Positions 10,587 to 20,726 of a DNA stretch of 64,000 nt are shown here, piece by piece; the first letter of the stretch is position 1, and each line of letters opens with the position of its first letter. Location of the stretch: the IMG/VR virus record IMGVR_UViG_3300017917_003366. The stretch is one strand, 5' to 3'. The notes under the pieces were generated by a model. It saw only the letters and a list, made by a program, of their open reading frames with translations. It was not told the origin of the DNA and did not search any database. The translations under genes and the position numbers were made by a program. The DNA comes from a virus (lineage: Duplodnaviria; Heunggongvirae; Uroviricota; Caudoviricetes).

Positions 10587-10590
10587 ATTC

Positions 10591-10598
10591 TATAAATA
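10591..10598 (-). promoter_or_regulatory. TATTTATA putative late promoter
   Basis: 4 nt before ATG 10586. Confidence 0.55.
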
Positions 10599-10599
10599 T

Positions 10600-11370
10600 T
10601 TAGTGACCAAACCTCACTTTTTGCATGTTATATAATGAGAGTACTTCGTCGTTATTTAATCTTCTATTCCACATTTGAAAACACCCAAACTCGCCTTTAA
10701 ACGGTTCCCAATAACCATTACTAATTGTTGGGACATATGATAAACCCGATAATAAAACTAATGGGGTATCTCCACCTGTGTTAATTGCACCGTTACCATA
10801 TACGATTTCACCTCTACTTCTGGCAACATCTTCTTGGAGTACACCATCTATAAATAATTTAATTCTTGTATCAACCGTTACGGTTACGCAACTCCATTTA
10901 TCAAAACCTTTAGTTAGAGTAAATGAATTTGTACCATTATTTGTATAACTATTTGTTGTTGAATATGAAAAGTTTGCACTAACCGCCGGACCATTTAATG
11001 ATACGGTGTTTGTGTACATATGAATGAAGAAGCTACCGGCAGTGTTATAATTACCTCTTGAAATCAGTGAATTTGCCCTACTGTTCGCAACTTGACTCGA
11101 TGGTTTAAACCATATATTAAATGTTGCATGTTGTGGACTTAGTATTGCTGATGTTAGAGTATCATTGAGTACGATATAATCGTTTGTACCATCAATCGGT
11201 ACGGTATTTACTCCCGTTGAACCATTGGCAATTGTTCCCGTTCCACCAGCAATGCCCGCGACTGATGATAATGTTGCACCTCCCGAAGATGGGTTCGATA
11301 ACCTATCCGCGGCATCAAGTACGATTAATAAACCATCTGTCGGTATTTTAGGACTAAAGTGTTGCGCCAT
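10600..11370 (-). CDS. LamG-domain protein (minimal paralogue)
   Basis: TDGLLIVLDA N-terminus, IDGTNDYI, FIDG, MWNRRL, C-terminal KVRFGH. Confidence 0.82.
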   Translation of the reverse strand: MAQHFSPKIPTDGLLIVLDAADRLSNPSSGGATLSSVAGIAGGTGTIANGSTGVNTVPIDGTNDYIVLNDTLTSAILSPQHATFNIWFKPSSQVANSRANSLISRGNYNTAGSFFIHMYTNTVSLNGPAVSANFSYSTTNSYTNNGTNSFTLTKGFDKWSCVTVTVDTRIKLFIDGVLQEDVARSRGEIVYGNGAINTGGDTPLVLLSGLSYVPTISNGYWEPFKGEFGCFQMWNRRLNNDEVLSLYNMQKVRFGH

Positions 11371-11376
11371 AATTTT

Positions 11377-13425
11377 TTATCTTATCCAAATACTATAATA
11401 ATAACTACCACCAATATTAGAAGGTGGGAAATCTTGACCCGAACCATAAACTGAACCAGGAACAATATCTCTATAATCAATGGTACCACCTCTATTGGTA
11501 AAACAACCAAGTCCTGAAGGTCCGTCAACTCCATCACCGGCATCGTGTCGATGCCAAGCAATCATAGTTCTATCTTTATTTCCGTCCTGTGCGCCGTCAA
11601 TTTCACCATATTTAAATAATAACTTACTCTTACCTGACGATTGGAGGACAGGGTCATTAACCCCGTAATTTGTTATATCTAATGCGGTTACTCTTTTTCT
11701 ATTAAACGCTTCATTTGATGTGTCAGAACCAACCGCACCCCATTTTAATGATTGAAACCATTCTCTCAATGAGGAATTACTTGATTTAATTTGACCTTCA
11801 TTGGTGTGTAATAATTTACGTTGTGAACCACCAGCATCTTTAATCATTATTTGTTTAAATGGTATTGTACTCCATCCCGCATTTTTATAATCAGATACAA
11901 ATGTTGGTGTTGAACCCCCAAATACCGATTCATCATCCCACGGTGGACATGACTGAGTTCCATTCATATCGTTACTCCATTTATGATATGATGAGTTATT
12001 ACTTGGAGCATCTTCGTCATCAATTGTACCGACATGAACCCATGGGTCACCACCATTTGAATCGAATTCAATATATGCCAAAAATGGTGTTGAAACCCCT
12101 GTTGGTTTTAACCAGTAGTTACCATTTGTTGTAATTCCATGTTCTTGTAAAAGTTTTGCACTTGGTGATGCGGATTCCGACGCTGCGCCCAAATTATTAA
12201 CGGAGGTTAATGACTTTACATCTCTTAATCCAAATCTTTCTTTATAGTGTAAATAATTTTTATGGACTTCTTCAGGTGTCAATTCTTTATTATAAACTTT
12301 TAATACCGGTATCTCACCTTTATAATAATATCCCCTAAATGAACCATTATCATATCTACCTATACTTACACTATTCAATGCCGGAATTGTTGATGTTTGA
12401 CCTCCTCCATAGTGCCACAAAGTACCATCCAAATAAATTCTCATAATACCCGTGGTTGCGTTTTTAGAAACCACCCAGTGGTGATTACCAACATAATCTG
12501 CGGATGATGAAACTCCTTTACTAATCCTATTAAATGGACTCCCACAATCCCAATAAACATTACCGTCCGCCCATGGTAAGTGTAAACTCAAATCTTGGTT
12601 TCCACTACCACCTGCAATTATTGAATTCGCCTGTAATCCACCACTCCAAGATGTCACAATCTCAATTGTGATTTGATTTCCTGTTGGTATTGCCGACGGG
12701 CTTAGGTTGATGTAATCATCCGAACCATCAAAATTTATTTTTGATGTGGTATCACTACTAAATGAGACAGTACTTAAATCGAGCGTAACACTACTTGCTG
12801 TATTTATTAAACCTTCAGTGTTAGAACGAGTACCTCTCGTAAAATATGTTCTTCTATTTTTGGCCTCAATTTGCATGTGTGTTATATCAACTGAAATAAC
12901 ATCATTTAAAACTGCAGTCGGGGCATGTATATGAAAATATCTCGCATCGCTTGCTGTGGATGCGAAATTTCTATCAATTCGATGTAACTTCCATCCACCA
13001 TAGTAATCAACACTACTATCAACATTTAAACCCCACCCACCAATATTAGATGGGTGTCCATAAATTTGAATATCAGGGTGCGAAACCGGTCGGTAAATGG
13101 TGCTAACCATATATGGTGTATTCGCATCATATGTTTGGCCACCTAAGTACCATCCTGTACCTGCACCCCATCTAGAATTTGCATATGAAACTTGGTCGGG
13201 AATATCCAAACTTAACGATACTCGATATATGGGTTGACCTTGGTATGTCTCATTCAAAGTGGTGATTGTTTGTATACTTCTTGACCACCAACTATAGATA
13301 TTTGGTACACCGGTACCATTCATATTTGTTGTGGGTTCTCCCTTATAACTATTATAGAAATCACCCGTATCAAAGTGAAATATCAAACCATCTCGTATTG
13401 TTCTACCGTTCTGTCTCGTTGCCAT
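11377..13425 (-). CDS. LamG-domain adhesin with inserted domain and C-terminal intelectin-like (X-type lectin) domain
   Basis: GEPTTN...TRSNTEGL cassette; FDGSDDYI, YLDG, KVYNKEL; C-terminal TNGNYWL..AYIEF..GGDPWVHV and W....VFG.....DYKNAGW, resembling the intelectin DDYKNPGY region. Confidence 0.8.
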   Translation of the reverse strand: MATRQNGRTIRDGLIFHFDTGDFYNSYKGEPTTNMNGTGVPNIYSWWSRSIQTITTLNETYQGQPIYRVSLSLDIPDQVSYANSRWGAGTGWYLGGQTYDANTPYMVSTIYRPVSHPDIQIYGHPSNIGGWGLNVDSSVDYYGGWKLHRIDRNFASTASDARYFHIHAPTAVLNDVISVDITHMQIEAKNRRTYFTRGTRSNTEGLINTASSVTLDLSTVSFSSDTTSKINFDGSDDYINLSPSAIPTGNQITIEIVTSWSGGLQANSIIAGGSGNQDLSLHLPWADGNVYWDCGSPFNRISKGVSSSADYVGNHHWVVSKNATTGIMRIYLDGTLWHYGGGQTSTIPALNSVSIGRYDNGSFRGYYYKGEIPVLKVYNKELTPEEVHKNYLHYKERFGLRDVKSLTSVNNLGAASESASPSAKLLQEHGITTNGNYWLKPTGVSTPFLAYIEFDSNGGDPWVHVGTIDDEDAPSNNSSYHKWSNDMNGTQSCPPWDDESVFGGSTPTFVSDYKNAGWSTIPFKQIMIKDAGGSQRKLLHTNEGQIKSSNSSLREWFQSLKWGAVGSDTSNEAFNRKRVTALDITNYGVNDPVLQSSGKSKLLFKYGEIDGAQDGNKDRTMIAWHRHDAGDGVDGPSGLGCFTNRGGTIDYRDIVPGSVYGSGQDFPPSNIGGSYYYSIWIR

Positions 13426-14681
13426 TATAACCCGTATTGTGATTTTGTTCTATTGTAATTATTTTGAATTTCGGTTGCTGTTAATCCTTTTGAATAAGCT
13501 TTTACACTTCCGATTTTACCCGCAAATAGTGAACCACCTAAACTCCATGTTGCAGTGCCGATTGCCATTCTTCCACCTTGAGGTGTTACTAAACCACTCT
13601 TAGTTGTCGCATATTCTGTACCATTTAAATAAAATCTATTTGATGTTCCGTACCATGTAAATGCCACATGTGCCCATTGGTTTGCGGTTGCGCCGACAAT
13701 ACCGTCATAATCTTGGGAACTACTACCATATGTTACTGTTGACCAAGTTCCACCATTAATTCTAATTGCCCTAGACGCACCATATACTTGAGCTTCCCCA
13801 ATACTAAAAACATATCTGTCCCCACTTGTGGATGTTGGGTAACACCATGCTTCAATTGTTCCATATGGTAATTGATGTCCCGTTAATCCGGTAAATGTCA
13901 TGTAATCATCAGTACCATCAAACTCAAGTTCACCGGGGTTTTTAATTTCCAACCCAAAATTTAAGTGTCCAACTTGTGTTGGGTTTGTTGGATAATTTTC
14001 GATTGCCCATCCATATGCATTTCCCGAACCTAAACCCGGTCTCCCAACCAAAACAAATTCTTTCCAATTACTGGTTGGTAACCATGCATTAACAACACTT
14101 GAAGGCGCACCTAAACTAATTAAAATATTAATTGCCGTTTGGTCCCATCCAGAACTAGCATGTGAACCTATCACAATAAATGTTGCGTTTGGATATCGTC
14201 CGGAAATTCTACTGAAATCCTCACCAAAATACCTTATTTGTTGGGTCCAACTTCCATATCCATCATAGTTGTCATAACATCTACCACCAATACCTCCGGT
14301 TCCTCTAAAAAATGAATCACCAACCCAACTATTTGTGTCATTATCCCAAGCATATAAGGTTAACGCCCTACCAGCACCATAAACACTACCTCCCACTCTT
14401 ACATTATACCCCGATGATATTCCTTGACAACTTGCAGCGTCACCACCATAGTTACCTTCGGGATATGAAATACCAAATCCTGTATAATATGATTTACCAC
14501 TTAATCGTAATCCATTCGTAAATAAACTTTTATTAGTATTAATCTGATTCGTTACACCGTCAGTACTACCATTGTATCCACCACAACCAATAGGGCTAAC
14601 ACCCGTACCGATGTTATGGGTGTCAATGACAAAATACGCGTCTTGTCTTCCAACTAATGGTGTACCTCCTCGTGTTGACAT
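13425..14681 (-). CDS. LamG-domain protein with inserted ILEI/PANDER-like domain
   Basis: FIVIGSH....DQTAINILISLGA...EFVLVGRPG segment precedes FDGTDDY, WAHVAFTW, YLNG, KAYSKGL. Confidence 0.72.
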   Translation of the reverse strand: MSTRGGTPLVGRQDAYFVIDTHNIGTGVSPIGCGGYNGSTDGVTNQINTNKSLFTNGLRLSGKSYYTGFGISYPEGNYGGDAASCQGISSGYNVRVGGSVYGAGRALTLYAWDNDTNSWVGDSFFRGTGGIGGRCYDNYDGYGSWTQQIRYFGEDFSRISGRYPNATFIVIGSHASSGWDQTAINILISLGAPSSVVNAWLPTSNWKEFVLVGRPGLGSGNAYGWAIENYPTNPTQVGHLNFGLEIKNPGELEFDGTDDYMTFTGLTGHQLPYGTIEAWCYPTSTSGDRYVFSIGEAQVYGASRAIRINGGTWSTVTYGSSSQDYDGIVGATANQWAHVAFTWYGTSNRFYLNGTEYATTKSGLVTPQGGRMAIGTATWSLGGSLFAGKIGSVKAYSKGLTATEIQNNYNRTKSQYGL

Positions 14682-14870
14682 TTATAGATTAATCTTTTCT
14701 ACTTCAGTTATATCCCATAACATTTTCATTTGATTTTCAAAATCAATGAATATTTGGTCACCATAAATGGGACAATAAATTTCCCAATTACTTTCAAAAT
14801 CAATCTCACCCTCCGGAGTTTTGATTATCCTTTTGTATCTATCTTCTTGTATGTGGAATTCTAATTTCAT
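14682..14870 (-). CDS. Hypothetical protein (62 aa)
   Basis: Fills the gap exactly between two structural genes. Confidence 0.6.
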   Translation of the reverse strand: MKLEFHIQEDRYKRIIKTPEGEIDFESNWEIYCPIYGDQIFIDFENQMKMLWDITEVEKINL

Positions 14871-14876
14871 AATATA

Positions 14877-15575
14877 TTATTTTATATAAACGGCACCATA
14901 CTGATGAATGTCCCCACTTGAACCATTCCAATATGGTCCATTATCATATCCAAAATAGTTACCACTCCAACACGATTCATACCACCATGGGTTATTACCA
15001 TAATATGATGAGCAACTACCGCTGTTCGTATCTTGGTCATTATCGTATGTACTTAAATTATATCCACCCGCCGCGTGGTTACTATAAAATCCCGGAGCCC
15101 CCGTGCTTGTTTCATCACTTAATGCTCCGACACCTGAAAACGCAAATGTTGGAGTAAAATTATCAAATTTCCATCTATATCTTTTTGCGTGAGCACCACT
15201 TAAAGGAGTCCCATTTGTTGGTGCAACAAATTGGGTAACTGTTACATAACTTGAGTTATTTCTTTTACCTAACACCTCCCAATATTTTGTTCCAATCCAA
15301 ACATTATAATTTGATAATCCTGAAAGATTGTATAAAGGTTCATTCGTGTTACTTGATGTTCTATAGTTACAGGTGTTAATTGCATCATAATATGTTAAAT
15401 TTCTCATACCAACAGAACTTTGTCTGTTAGCAATTACACATACCCATCCACCACCATCATATTCTTGGTCCACATATACCACAACATTGTCGTTTCCAAC
15501 TTTAATGTTGTAAAATCCTGAAGGTCCTGTTATTTGGGAAACACTTGTGTATCTCCCTCCAAAATGCATCGCCAT
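14877..15575 (-). CDS. Fibrinogen C-terminal (FReD) domain protein
   Basis: VYVDQEYDGGGWVCV and LSTYDNDQDTNSGSCSSYYGNNPWWYESCWSGN match the FReD consensus (D..GGGW; FST.D.DND...C.....WWY..C). Confidence 0.88.
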   Translation of the reverse strand: MAMHFGGRYTSVSQITGPSGFYNIKVGNDNVVVYVDQEYDGGGWVCVIANRQSSVGMRNLTYYDAINTCNYRTSSNTNEPLYNLSGLSNYNVWIGTKYWEVLGKRNNSSYVTVTQFVAPTNGTPLSGAHAKRYRWKFDNFTPTFAFSGVGALSDETSTGAPGFYSNHAAGGYNLSTYDNDQDTNSGSCSSYYGNNPWWYESCWSGNYFGYDNGPYWNGSSGDIHQYGAVYIK

Positions 15576-15594
15576 ATTTTACCTCTTTGTTTCT

Positions 15595-15602
15595 TATAAA
15601 TA
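15595..15602 (-). promoter_or_regulatory. TATTTATA putative late promoter
   Basis: Intergenic, before the fibrinogen-domain gene. Confidence 0.6.
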
Positions 15603-15611
15603 CCAAAAACC

Positions 15612-16307
15612 TCAGTTATTTGGTTTCAATTTTTCACCAATTAAATTGTGGAGGTTTGTGTCTTTTTGAATGTCAGTATCTGACAGTTTCGATGCAATGG
15701 AAATTGATATTCCTTCACCAGCTCCGTGAACGAGTTTATTTAAATGTAAATCAGAGAAATCCTTACAGAGTTGTAGTTTCTCGTAGTAATTAAAGAATCT
15801 TTCTTGGTTAAAACCTATCTTATTGAAAATCAAGATGTATTCCCATATGGTTTCGAGTTCCCCATATGATGGGTAAACCTTTTCAAGGTACATTTTGTAT
15901 GAGTTCCATTCACCGTGGTCAACAACCACCTCTTTTACCCATTCTTTTCCGTTCTGGTGACCTTTTAGGTTCTCCAAGTACGAAATACCGTATTTGAATA
16001 CATATCGTTTTAAATCGATTAAAAAGGACCAATCTTGTATTTCCAAATCAGCATCTAATATAACAGAAATATCATGATATTTTGTTATATGTTTCACCAA
16101 AATGAGTTTGTCGTGGTAAGATTTTACTGACCTTAGATAGGGAATTATTTTAACAAAGATTGGTGAGTATCTTTCCTCGAAATATTTGGGTTTATCGGTT
16201 AAAACATAAACATTATAACCGTTGGCAAGGATGTTATTTAATTTTATTGTTGTTTGTTCAAAATATTTCTCATCACCAAAACATAGTATTCCTATTCCAA
16301 TCCTCAT
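15612..16307 (-). CDS. Putative GT-A fold glycosyltransferase
   Basis: IGILCFGDEKY, VYVLTDKP, SYHDK, VILDAD (DxD) pattern; ATGA overlap with the LamG gene. Confidence 0.55.
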   Translation of the reverse strand: MRIGIGILCFGDEKYFEQTTIKLNNILANGYNVYVLTDKPKYFEERYSPIFVKIIPYLRSVKSYHDKLILVKHITKYHDISVILDADLEIQDWSFLIDLKRYVFKYGISYLENLKGHQNGKEWVKEVVVDHGEWNSYKMYLEKVYPSYGELETIWEYILIFNKIGFNQERFFNYYEKLQLCKDFSDLHLNKLVHGAGEGISISIASKLSDTDIQKDTNLHNLIGEKLKPNN

Positions 16308-17077
16308 ATATCAAATCTTGGTTTGAATTTCTCCCAATGTCTTTCAACCTCAGTATCGGATAGTTGTTTTGAGTGAACCATTACAATACCTATTTGTCCG
16401 TTCCACATTGAATAATAACTATCCGAACCGGGGCCGTAACTATCTGAATTACATGGTCCCCATTTACCACTAATGTTTCTAATTGAGGGACTAACGGGAG
16501 CAACTAATGTGGTATCGTCAGTTAAATTGTTATCTATATACATTTTGATTGCACTGTCCTGAACCGCCCATACCAAATAATGCCAATTACCGTCATTAAT
16601 ACCACCTATTGAACTTTGGATATTTTGCCACGGTGCGGTGTAATAATCCATTGACATAAACCCATTAGTCACACACGCAGCAAAGTTTACCGGACCACCA
16701 TTACACCAAGATAAAATCCCTAATTCTCCACTTGCAGATGTTTTAACCCAAGCGGAAACCGTGAAACGTGTTCCAACATAAAAACCACCACTTGTTATGT
16801 ATGCAAAATCGTTTGTACCATCAAATGTAAATTCACCACCTTTGACTTTTGTATATGGCGGAGCTTGTGGGGGATTTGTAGAATATGTACTACCACCCAA
16901 CGTGTAGAAATTCATATTTCTACCATTACCACTTAAATCTCTCCAAACGTATCCACCATTTGGATATGAATAATATCTTGCAGCGTCATAATAACATTGA
17001 AGTGACTCTGTTACAATACCACTAACATTACTGTTATTATTAATTGAATTATCGGGTCCTACTACTACTGTTGACAT
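16304..17077 (-). CDS. LamG-domain protein (minimal paralogue)
   Basis: YYDAA..YSYPNGGYVWRDLSGNG, FDGTNDF, NDGNWHYLV, YIDN, C-terminal KPRFDI. Confidence 0.85.
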   Translation of the reverse strand: MSTVVVGPDNSINNNSNVSGIVTESLQCYYDAARYYSYPNGGYVWRDLSGNGRNMNFYTLGGSTYSTNPPQAPPYTKVKGGEFTFDGTNDFAYITSGGFYVGTRFTVSAWVKTSASGELGILSWCNGGPVNFAACVTNGFMSMDYYTAPWQNIQSSIGGINDGNWHYLVWAVQDSAIKMYIDNNLTDDTTLVAPVSPSIRNISGKWGPCNSDSYGPGSDSYYSMWNGQIGIVMVHSKQLSDTEVERHWEKFKPRFDI

Positions 17078-17078
17078 A

Positions 17079-18395
17079 TTATAAATTATATTTCCCTCTT
17101 ATTGCATGATAATTTGATTTAACCTCTTCAGACGTTAAAACTTTATTATATACTCTAACAATATCAATCTCACCATTAAAATATTCTGAAGGTGCACTAA
17201 TCTTGTAACCAACCGATGATTTGTACGAACCGACGTTTAAAGCCGCGGCAGTTCCTGTGGAGTTACCTTGTGAATATAAAGAACCGTTCACATAAATCTT
17301 AATTGGGTTTGATGGTGCGTTTATATCTACTGTTATTATCCAATGATTCCACGTACCGGTGGTGTATGGTACCACACTATGGTAATCATTTCCTTGTCCG
17401 TTAAATCCACCATAACCATTCGATAATAAAATCATACAAGCTCTTGTGCTATTGATAACTGACGATGTATTTTGTTCCCACACAACTTGAGTTGCTGTTG
17501 CATTTGTTTTAAAAACTGCTTCAATTGTATACTGTTGTTGTCCCGCAGATAAAACAGGATTCATTAAAGCGTAATCGTTAGAACCATCAAATATCATTTT
17601 ACCCGTTGAGTTAAATGAAACATTTGATAAATCAATTGATGTGATTGTTTTTGTTCTATCAAATAATCCCTGTGTTGAGCTTCTTGTAAGTGTTGGACTG
17701 AATTTTGTTGGGTGGTCCTTTAATTCTAATTGTACATCGGCAATTCTTATTAATCCAATATCAAATACATAAGTGTACATGTATACCGCACTATAAGAAT
17801 CGTTTAAGTTTCTACTTGCTGATACGGTAAATGTTTGAGATAATCTTTCCCATGTATGGGTTTTGGTATTTACAGGAACTGTTGATAATCCATCCCAAAA
17901 ATTAAAGTTTCCACTACCATCTCTACTATATACCCCAACATGTGCTCTTTTTACTAAATTATTTGTCCATTGTAACCAAGATATTGTATACTGAGAACCA
18001 ACCGTCATTCCATAAGTTGACCAAGCGTTCATGCCGGTTCCAAATGATTTTGCCTGCCAAGTATTAACCACATCGTATGATTGGACAACGGGTTTTTTCA
18101 AATCATTATCATAAATCCAATAAGCGTGTCGTGCATTCGTCCAATCCCCAACTCCCGAATTTATGTAATTTGAAATATCGTTATTGTCAGTGTTATAAAC
18201 TCTGATTGCTTGGGGGTGATTAACCGCGATTGTTCCTTGACCACTTTCGGGCATGTATGAAGTATATGTACCATCAATTCTTGGATTTTGGTGGTAGATA
18301 TAATTTGTTGTTGGTTCACCAGCAAATGATTTTCCATCACTTAAATCGTAGTGAAAAACTAATCCATCTCTTACTATGTTTGGTCCACTACTCAT
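17079..18395 (-). CDS. LamG-domain adhesin with inserted carbohydrate-binding-like domain
   Basis: RDGLVFHYD, GEPTTN...TRSSTQGLFD, FDGSNDY, WNHWIIT, YVNG, RVYNKVL, GKYNL. Confidence 0.82.
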   Translation of the reverse strand: MSSGPNIVRDGLVFHYDLSDGKSFAGEPTTNYIYHQNPRIDGTYTSYMPESGQGTIAVNHPQAIRVYNTDNNDISNYINSGVGDWTNARHAYWIYDNDLKKPVVQSYDVVNTWQAKSFGTGMNAWSTYGMTVGSQYTISWLQWTNNLVKRAHVGVYSRDGSGNFNFWDGLSTVPVNTKTHTWERLSQTFTVSASRNLNDSYSAVYMYTYVFDIGLIRIADVQLELKDHPTKFSPTLTRSSTQGLFDRTKTITSIDLSNVSFNSTGKMIFDGSNDYALMNPVLSAGQQQYTIEAVFKTNATATQVVWEQNTSSVINSTRACMILLSNGYGGFNGQGNDYHSVVPYTTGTWNHWIITVDINAPSNPIKIYVNGSLYSQGNSTGTAAALNVGSYKSSVGYKISAPSEYFNGEIDIVRVYNKVLTSEEVKSNYHAIRGKYNL

Positions 18396-19555
18396 TATAA
18401 TCCAAATCTTGATTTTGATGCATTATAGTTTTGATAAACTTGTTCTGCGGTTAATGCTCTATTGTAAATTTTGGCAACAGATATGTAACCATTAAAATTG
18501 TGAGTATCATCTACGATAGTACCACCATATGTTCCAATGTAATATGTTGCACTTGGTATTGTTCCCGTTAACGATGCGTTCCATACTTCAACACCATTTA
18601 TATATGCCCTACTAACACTTCCATTATATGTTCCAACCAAATGTGTCCATTTGTTTCTTGGTATGCTCCCATTAATATTATAAGGACGAGCACCCGTGGA
18701 TGTTTGAACTGCCCAATGTGAACCAAATGTGGTTCCATCATAAGAATCGAAGATACCTAAGTACATACTATTGGTACTCGAAATAACCCCACCTCTAATT
18801 GTGCCAGGTGTAACCAAATCTTGTGGATTAATCCACGCTTCACATGTAATATAATTTGTTGGTTGGGTAAATGAAGTTAGTTGTATGTAATCATTTGTTC
18901 CATCGAAATTCAACATTGCATTTGAATCAAATGATGCATTTGCCACGGTCATAACACTTCTCTTGGATAAATCAATTAAACCTTGGGTATTTGAACGAGT
19001 ACCGGGAGTAAATGGTGTTACGTGTGATTTAGCTTCACATTGAACATCTTTTATTTCAAATGAGTGTGTGTATGTTGTATAATCATCACCATCTTGTACA
19101 AACCAAATAAATCTATTTGTATTTGCCGGTGTGGTAAGAGTATATTTTGCTGTTTGCCAACCATCAATATCGGTTAAACCAATTTGTGCGGTTGTTGGAA
19201 AATATGATGTGATGTATGTCCCATCATTATATGGTTGAATTTGAAATCTTAATGTTGGGGGGCCACTTATTTTTTTAAATTTTACTGAAAAGGTATATGT
19301 TGTGTTTGCAGAAATACCATAAAAAGAAATATAATGTCTTGTATTTGAATTCACATCAACAATTCTACAATGATAATCACTTAAAATTGTTCTTGTTCCA
19401 ATACTACCTTGTCCTGAACCATCAACATTCCAATAACTCCAACGGGCATCAACAAGATTTGTTGTTGGTTCCCCAACAAGTGATTTCTCATTACCTGTAT
19501 CGTAATGAAAAATTAAATCTTGTGTTGTCGTTTTCGGTCCTCTGTGATGTGACAT
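18395..19555 (-). CDS. LamG-domain adhesin with inserted CBM-like domain
   Basis: GEPTTN...TRSNTQGLID, FDGTNDYI, WTHLVGTYNG, YING, KIYNRALT, KSRFGL. Confidence 0.85.
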   Translation of the reverse strand: MSHHRGPKTTTQDLIFHYDTGNEKSLVGEPTTNLVDARWSYWNVDGSGQGSIGTRTILSDYHCRIVDVNSNTRHYISFYGISANTTYTFSVKFKKISGPPTLRFQIQPYNDGTYITSYFPTTAQIGLTDIDGWQTAKYTLTTPANTNRFIWFVQDGDDYTTYTHSFEIKDVQCEAKSHVTPFTPGTRSNTQGLIDLSKRSVMTVANASFDSNAMLNFDGTNDYIQLTSFTQPTNYITCEAWINPQDLVTPGTIRGGVISSTNSMYLGIFDSYDGTTFGSHWAVQTSTGARPYNINGSIPRNKWTHLVGTYNGSVSRAYINGVEVWNASLTGTIPSATYYIGTYGGTIVDDTHNFNGYISVAKIYNRALTAEQVYQNYNASKSRFGL

Positions 19556-19564
19556 AATATTTTT

Positions 19565-20704
19565 TTATCCTAGATATGCGACTGAGAAATTATCATTTGC
19601 ATCAAATGAAATTACACCCACGGCAACAACCATTTTAAGGGTATCGCCGGCGTTTAATTTAGATATCGTACTACCACCTGTATGGTTCATGGTTGTATTT
19701 GCACCAAATTCAATCATCACTTGTGGAGTTCCAGTTGTTCCTCCCGTATTGTTTTTATATACTATAAGTTGAGATATTGTGCCCAAACTATTTGAATTCG
19801 TTCTTACCACAACATTTACTTGGTATAACCCTGTTATTGGTGCAGTAAACGTACCGGTTGTATTGTTCCAACCACTACCTTGTTGGTAATCAACATTTAA
19901 ATAACTACCTGATAGGGTTGTAACTGCGGACATTGGTCCACCCGCACCTGTTACTCTAAATGCAGGTCTGTTTGTCATTACCATCGTACCGCTTACAGTT
20001 AAAGAACCTGTAACCGCAACATCACTCGTAACGTTAAGAGAACCTGTGATAGTTTGATTACCATTAAATGAGTTTGAACCTGTGGTCGCGAATCCCATAT
20101 CTGTTATAGTATTCCAACTTGCACCAACCCCATCTGTTTGTAAAATTCTTCCATCGTATGAAGAACTTATTGCGGGTAAACCTCCACCAACTGTTGCGGT
20201 TGCGAACCCCGATTGTGCCATAGAAAATGTAATAACGGCAGTATTTTCACTAAACATCTCAATTGATGATGGAATTACAACGAATCCATTACTATCATAA
20301 ACTTGAATTACCGGATAAGTTTCACCCAAATTATGGTTAAAGTACCAAGTTGTAGAAGGAGTTGTTACTTCCAATAATTGTGTTGAACCGGGTGTCGATT
20401 GAATTGTAAATGCCAATCCAGCATATGAAGATGTTACAGCATATGATGATGAAATTACTCCCGTAATTCCCGCACCTCCACCAACGAAATTAGATGCGGT
20501 AACCGCACCAATTAAATTGATTGAACCCGTGTTAACGGTGTTGGTACTAATTAGTTCTTCAATTGATGGTCCGCCCGAACCAGATTTGGCAAGGAAAACC
20601 TTACCATCAGTTGTGTTAATTGCTAATTCTCCGAGCTGGAGATTCGAGTTTGTGGGTTTCTGACCCCCAACCGCACTCCTACGCAGTTTGACTATTTGAG
20701 CCAT
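19565..20704 (-). CDS. Tail fibre protein with C-terminal C1q-like domain
   Basis: N-terminal KLRRS..G.KP...L.LGELAINTTDG tail-fibre anchor; W.FNHNLG..YP.IQVYD module; C-terminal PAFRV, GTFTAPITGLYQV, KLNAGD, FSVAYL (C1q fold). Confidence 0.8.
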   Translation of the reverse strand: MAQIVKLRRSAVGGQKPTNSNLQLGELAINTTDGKVFLAKSGSGGPSIEELISTNTVNTGSINLIGAVTASNFVGGGAGITGVISSSYAVTSSYAGLAFTIQSTPGSTQLLEVTTPSTTWYFNHNLGETYPVIQVYDSNGFVVIPSSIEMFSENTAVITFSMAQSGFATATVGGGLPAISSSYDGRILQTDGVGASWNTITDMGFATTGSNSFNGNQTITGSLNVTSDVAVTGSLTVSGTMVMTNRPAFRVTGAGGPMSAVTTLSGSYLNVDYQQGSGWNNTTGTFTAPITGLYQVNVVVRTNSNSLGTISQLIVYKNNTGGTTGTPQVMIEFGANTTMNHTGGSTISKLNAGDTLKMVVAVGVISFDANDNFSVAYLG

Positions 20705-20726
20705 ATCTTTATTTTCCTTCTAATTC

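Noticed and set aside
6767-19555. Diversity-generating retroelement acting on the lectin genes
   Set aside because: No reverse transcriptase in the window and no near-identical template/variable repeat pair differing at adenines was seen; the paralogues are deeply diverged.
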